Assembly (NCBI RefSeq): GCF_964204645.1
Contig: NC_134032.1
Span: 2,290,416-2,354,415 of the forward strand
Direction: 5' to 3'
DNA length: 64,000 nucleotides
From: Tubulanus polymorphus
Lineage: Eukaryota > Animalia > Nemertea
The notes under the pieces were generated by a model. That model was not told the DNA's origin and made no database searches. It was given only the letters and a program-made list of their open reading frames with translations. The position numbers and the translations under genes were made by a program. Shown one piece after another: positions 62,166 to 64,000 of the stretch (its first letter is position 1; every line of letters starts with the position of its first letter).

Positions 62166-64000
62166 TTAACGTAAGCGTTTAGTTTTTGCTCGTATGGATT
62201 TCATATCGATAGTCAGTATTGTGTAAAGTAGGGGATTGAGGGACGAGTTGATCGGTAGGAAAAGAACCGCCAGCCAAGCCGCCACCTGATTCGGTATTTC
62301 TACCCGTAATACCGCGCAAAACTGAACGATAATTAACGGCATCCAGCAAAATAAATTACAAAGATTTATCACCAAACTTCTACGTGCTAAAATCAGTTCG
62401 GTAGGGTCAATTCTACCCGATCCAGACCTGCTTCCAGAGACGAGTCTGTACATTTGCGCATAAGTCGTCATTATCGTAGCGAGTATGAAGGTGTTGAATA
62501 CGGCAAAAATTGCGAAGGAATATTGCCAGGCGTTGACGTCAATTGATATTAAATTCATAGGTAAACAAACTCCAGTTTTTCCGTAGAATTTAATACCGAA
62601 ATAAGATAATTCTGACAACGGCAATATGGAGATTGTACTTATAGTAACCCAACACACGCCACAAATAATGGACACGTATCTCGGTGATGTAATCGGGCTT
62701 CCAGAAAATGGATTAACGATATTTGAAAATCTATGACGTGTTAGAAAGAATAGAAACGTCAACGAGCCTTCGCAAGAAATAGTGACCGTAACTCCAGCGA
62801 AACTGCACAATGAACTGTCCGTCCAAGTTTCAGAATTCAGGAAATAAACTCCTTTAAAAACGTAATCCGCGCCCGCGATCGAAAACAAATAAATCGACAT
62901 GAGAAAATCACAAGCTGCGATATTAATAATTAGGATGTCGGAAGATGTGTTGCGCTTTTCGGAGGATGAAAGTCGAATTGATCGAAGACGAAATAAAATG
63001 ACAATTGTGTTCGCGAAGAAACTGAACGCGGCGATGACCCAGATGATAGCTCTGAGGACTGTGTTACCCATCAGATCAGAACAAGAGGAAAACTGATCAG
63101 CTTTAGGAAGGCACCGGTCGACATTCGGAGCCATGCAGCAAAATTTGTAAGCGTCAGACGATAGAGATACTAGCGATGTCAGATTGATGAAAACTTCTCT
63201 TTCTGTGGAAATGAATTGAGAATTGTTGGTTAAATCGAGAATTCTAAGTTTATTTAATCCTGAAAAAGCATATCGTGAAATATGATGGATTCTGTTGCTG
63301 CTGATATTCAACGACTGTAATGTAGATAATCCTCTAAACACATTTCTACCAAGCAGCAATAGCGAAAGCCCTTGAAGGTTCAGAATTTGTAATGACATTA
63401 AATCTCGAAAGGTATTGTCGTCTAAATGGCGTAGTGGATTTGCAGTTATCAATAACTCTTTTAAATTATACAAACCGATGAATGTGTTTGTGGATAATGA
63501 CGTTATGTTGTTGTATGTAAGATCTAATGTATGTAAATTATGCAGGTTTGTGAACGAGTTCGGTAAAATATGAGACAATTCGTTGGAAGAGATGTTGAGC
63601 ATTCGAAGATAAACGAATGAAGAAAACGTCGATTCATTGAATCGAAATTCGTTTTTTGACAGAATTAAAACTCGAGTTGATTCCGAGAAAAGACCAGTAA
63701 TATTTGTTAAACCGGCATTCGCGCAATCAATCAAATGACCTTGGCATCTACAGCCCATCTGACACGTGACGTTACAGAAAGCCTCGTCATCAATTGTGAA
63801 TTTACAATTTACGACACCATCACAAACTTCAGATTGTGGAATACATCGATTTTCGTGGCCACATTTAAACATTCCTGGACACGAAAATGTCTCACAGTTT
63901 TGTTCATCTTCTGAATTAGGACAATCTGATTGACCATCACACACCTGTCTGATCGGTATACAGTACGATGCTGGACATTTTACAGTATCAGCTGGGCATT
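62166..64000 (-). CDS. GRL101-like LDLa-LRR GPCR (LGR/RXFP family), 5'-partial
   Basis: Frame open to the window edge (CPADTVKCPASYCIPIRQVCDGQSDC); at least 2 LDLa repeats, LRRNT + LRRs, hinge YKFCC..FSSCSDL, 7 TM with CLP in ECL2, CWMP, LPINSSLNPLLYT. Confidence 0.93.
   Translation of the reverse strand, partial: CPADTVKCPASYCIPIRQVCDGQSDCPNSEDEQNCETFSCPGMFKCGHENRCIPQSEVCDGVVNCKFTIDDEAFCNVTCQMGCRCQGHLIDCANAGLTNITGLFSESTRVLILSKNEFRFNESTFSSFVYLRMLNISSNELSHILPNSFTNLHNLHTLDLTYNNITSLSTNTFIGLYNLKELLITANPLRHLDDNTFRDLMSLQILNLQGLSLLLLGRNVFRGLSTLQSLNISSNRIHHISRYAFSGLNKLRILDLTNNSQFISTEREVFINLTSLVSLSSDAYKFCCMAPNVDRCLPKADQFSSCSDLMGNTVLRAIIWVIAAFSFFANTIVILFRLRSIRLSSSEKRNTSSDILIINIAACDFLMSIYLFSIAGADYVFKGVYFLNSETWTDSSLCSFAGVTVTISCEGSLTFLFFLTRHRFSNIVNPFSGSPITSPRYVSIICGVCWVTISTISILPLSELSYFGIKFYGKTGVCLPMNLISIDVNAWQYSFAIFAVFNTFILATIMTTYAQMYRLVSGSRSGSGRIDPTELILARRSLVINLCNLFCWMPLIIVQFCAVLRVEIPNQVAAWLAVLFLPINSSLNPLLYTILTIDMKSIRAKTKRLR

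Noticed and set aside
62899-63096. Plus-strand 65-aa ORF
   Set aside because: Antisense shadow of the GPCR coding sequence

Overview
AT-rich eukaryotic (metazoan invertebrate, probably lophotrochozoan; inferred from the GRL101-type GPCR and the intron/repeat style) genomic DNA, not prokaryotic. Most short ORFs in the track are spurious or read through satellites. Hand splicing recovers four genes: (1) a small signal-peptide + PAN/apple-domain gene (- strand, ~12.1-12.4 kb); (2) an intact 4-exon caspase (15144-19713, +, ~575 aa, SHG and QACRG intact, GC-AG first intron) whose ~295-aa prodomain looks like an NHL/TRIM-type beta-propeller instead of CARD/DED; (3) a multi-exon type I membrane receptor (34307-45270, +) with signal peptide, 2 CUB domains, a PLAT-like domain, a Ser/Thr stalk built from tandemly duplicated 45-nt exons, one TM helix and a tail with ITSM/ITIM-like motifs (TIYARL, LYGELDF), with an Ets-IRF composite-like element upstream; (4) a GRL101-like LDLa-LRR-7TM GPCR running off the right edge. 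The rest is repeat-rich: a decayed Polinton/Maverick-type PolB joined to a Gypsy RNase H fragment, a Penelope-like retroelement, minimal hammerhead-ribozyme motifs at several loci, L2/CR1, DIRS and SINE remnants, many MITEs, a ~4.3-5.5 kb segmental duplication bracketing the caspase region, a ~5 kb foldback palindrome and many mini/microsatellites. The best candidates for an undescribed system are the propeller-caspase and the neighbouring CUB-PLAT inhibitory-type receptor, which may form an invertebrate innate-immune locus. All domain calls are by eye and need HMM/structure confirmation.
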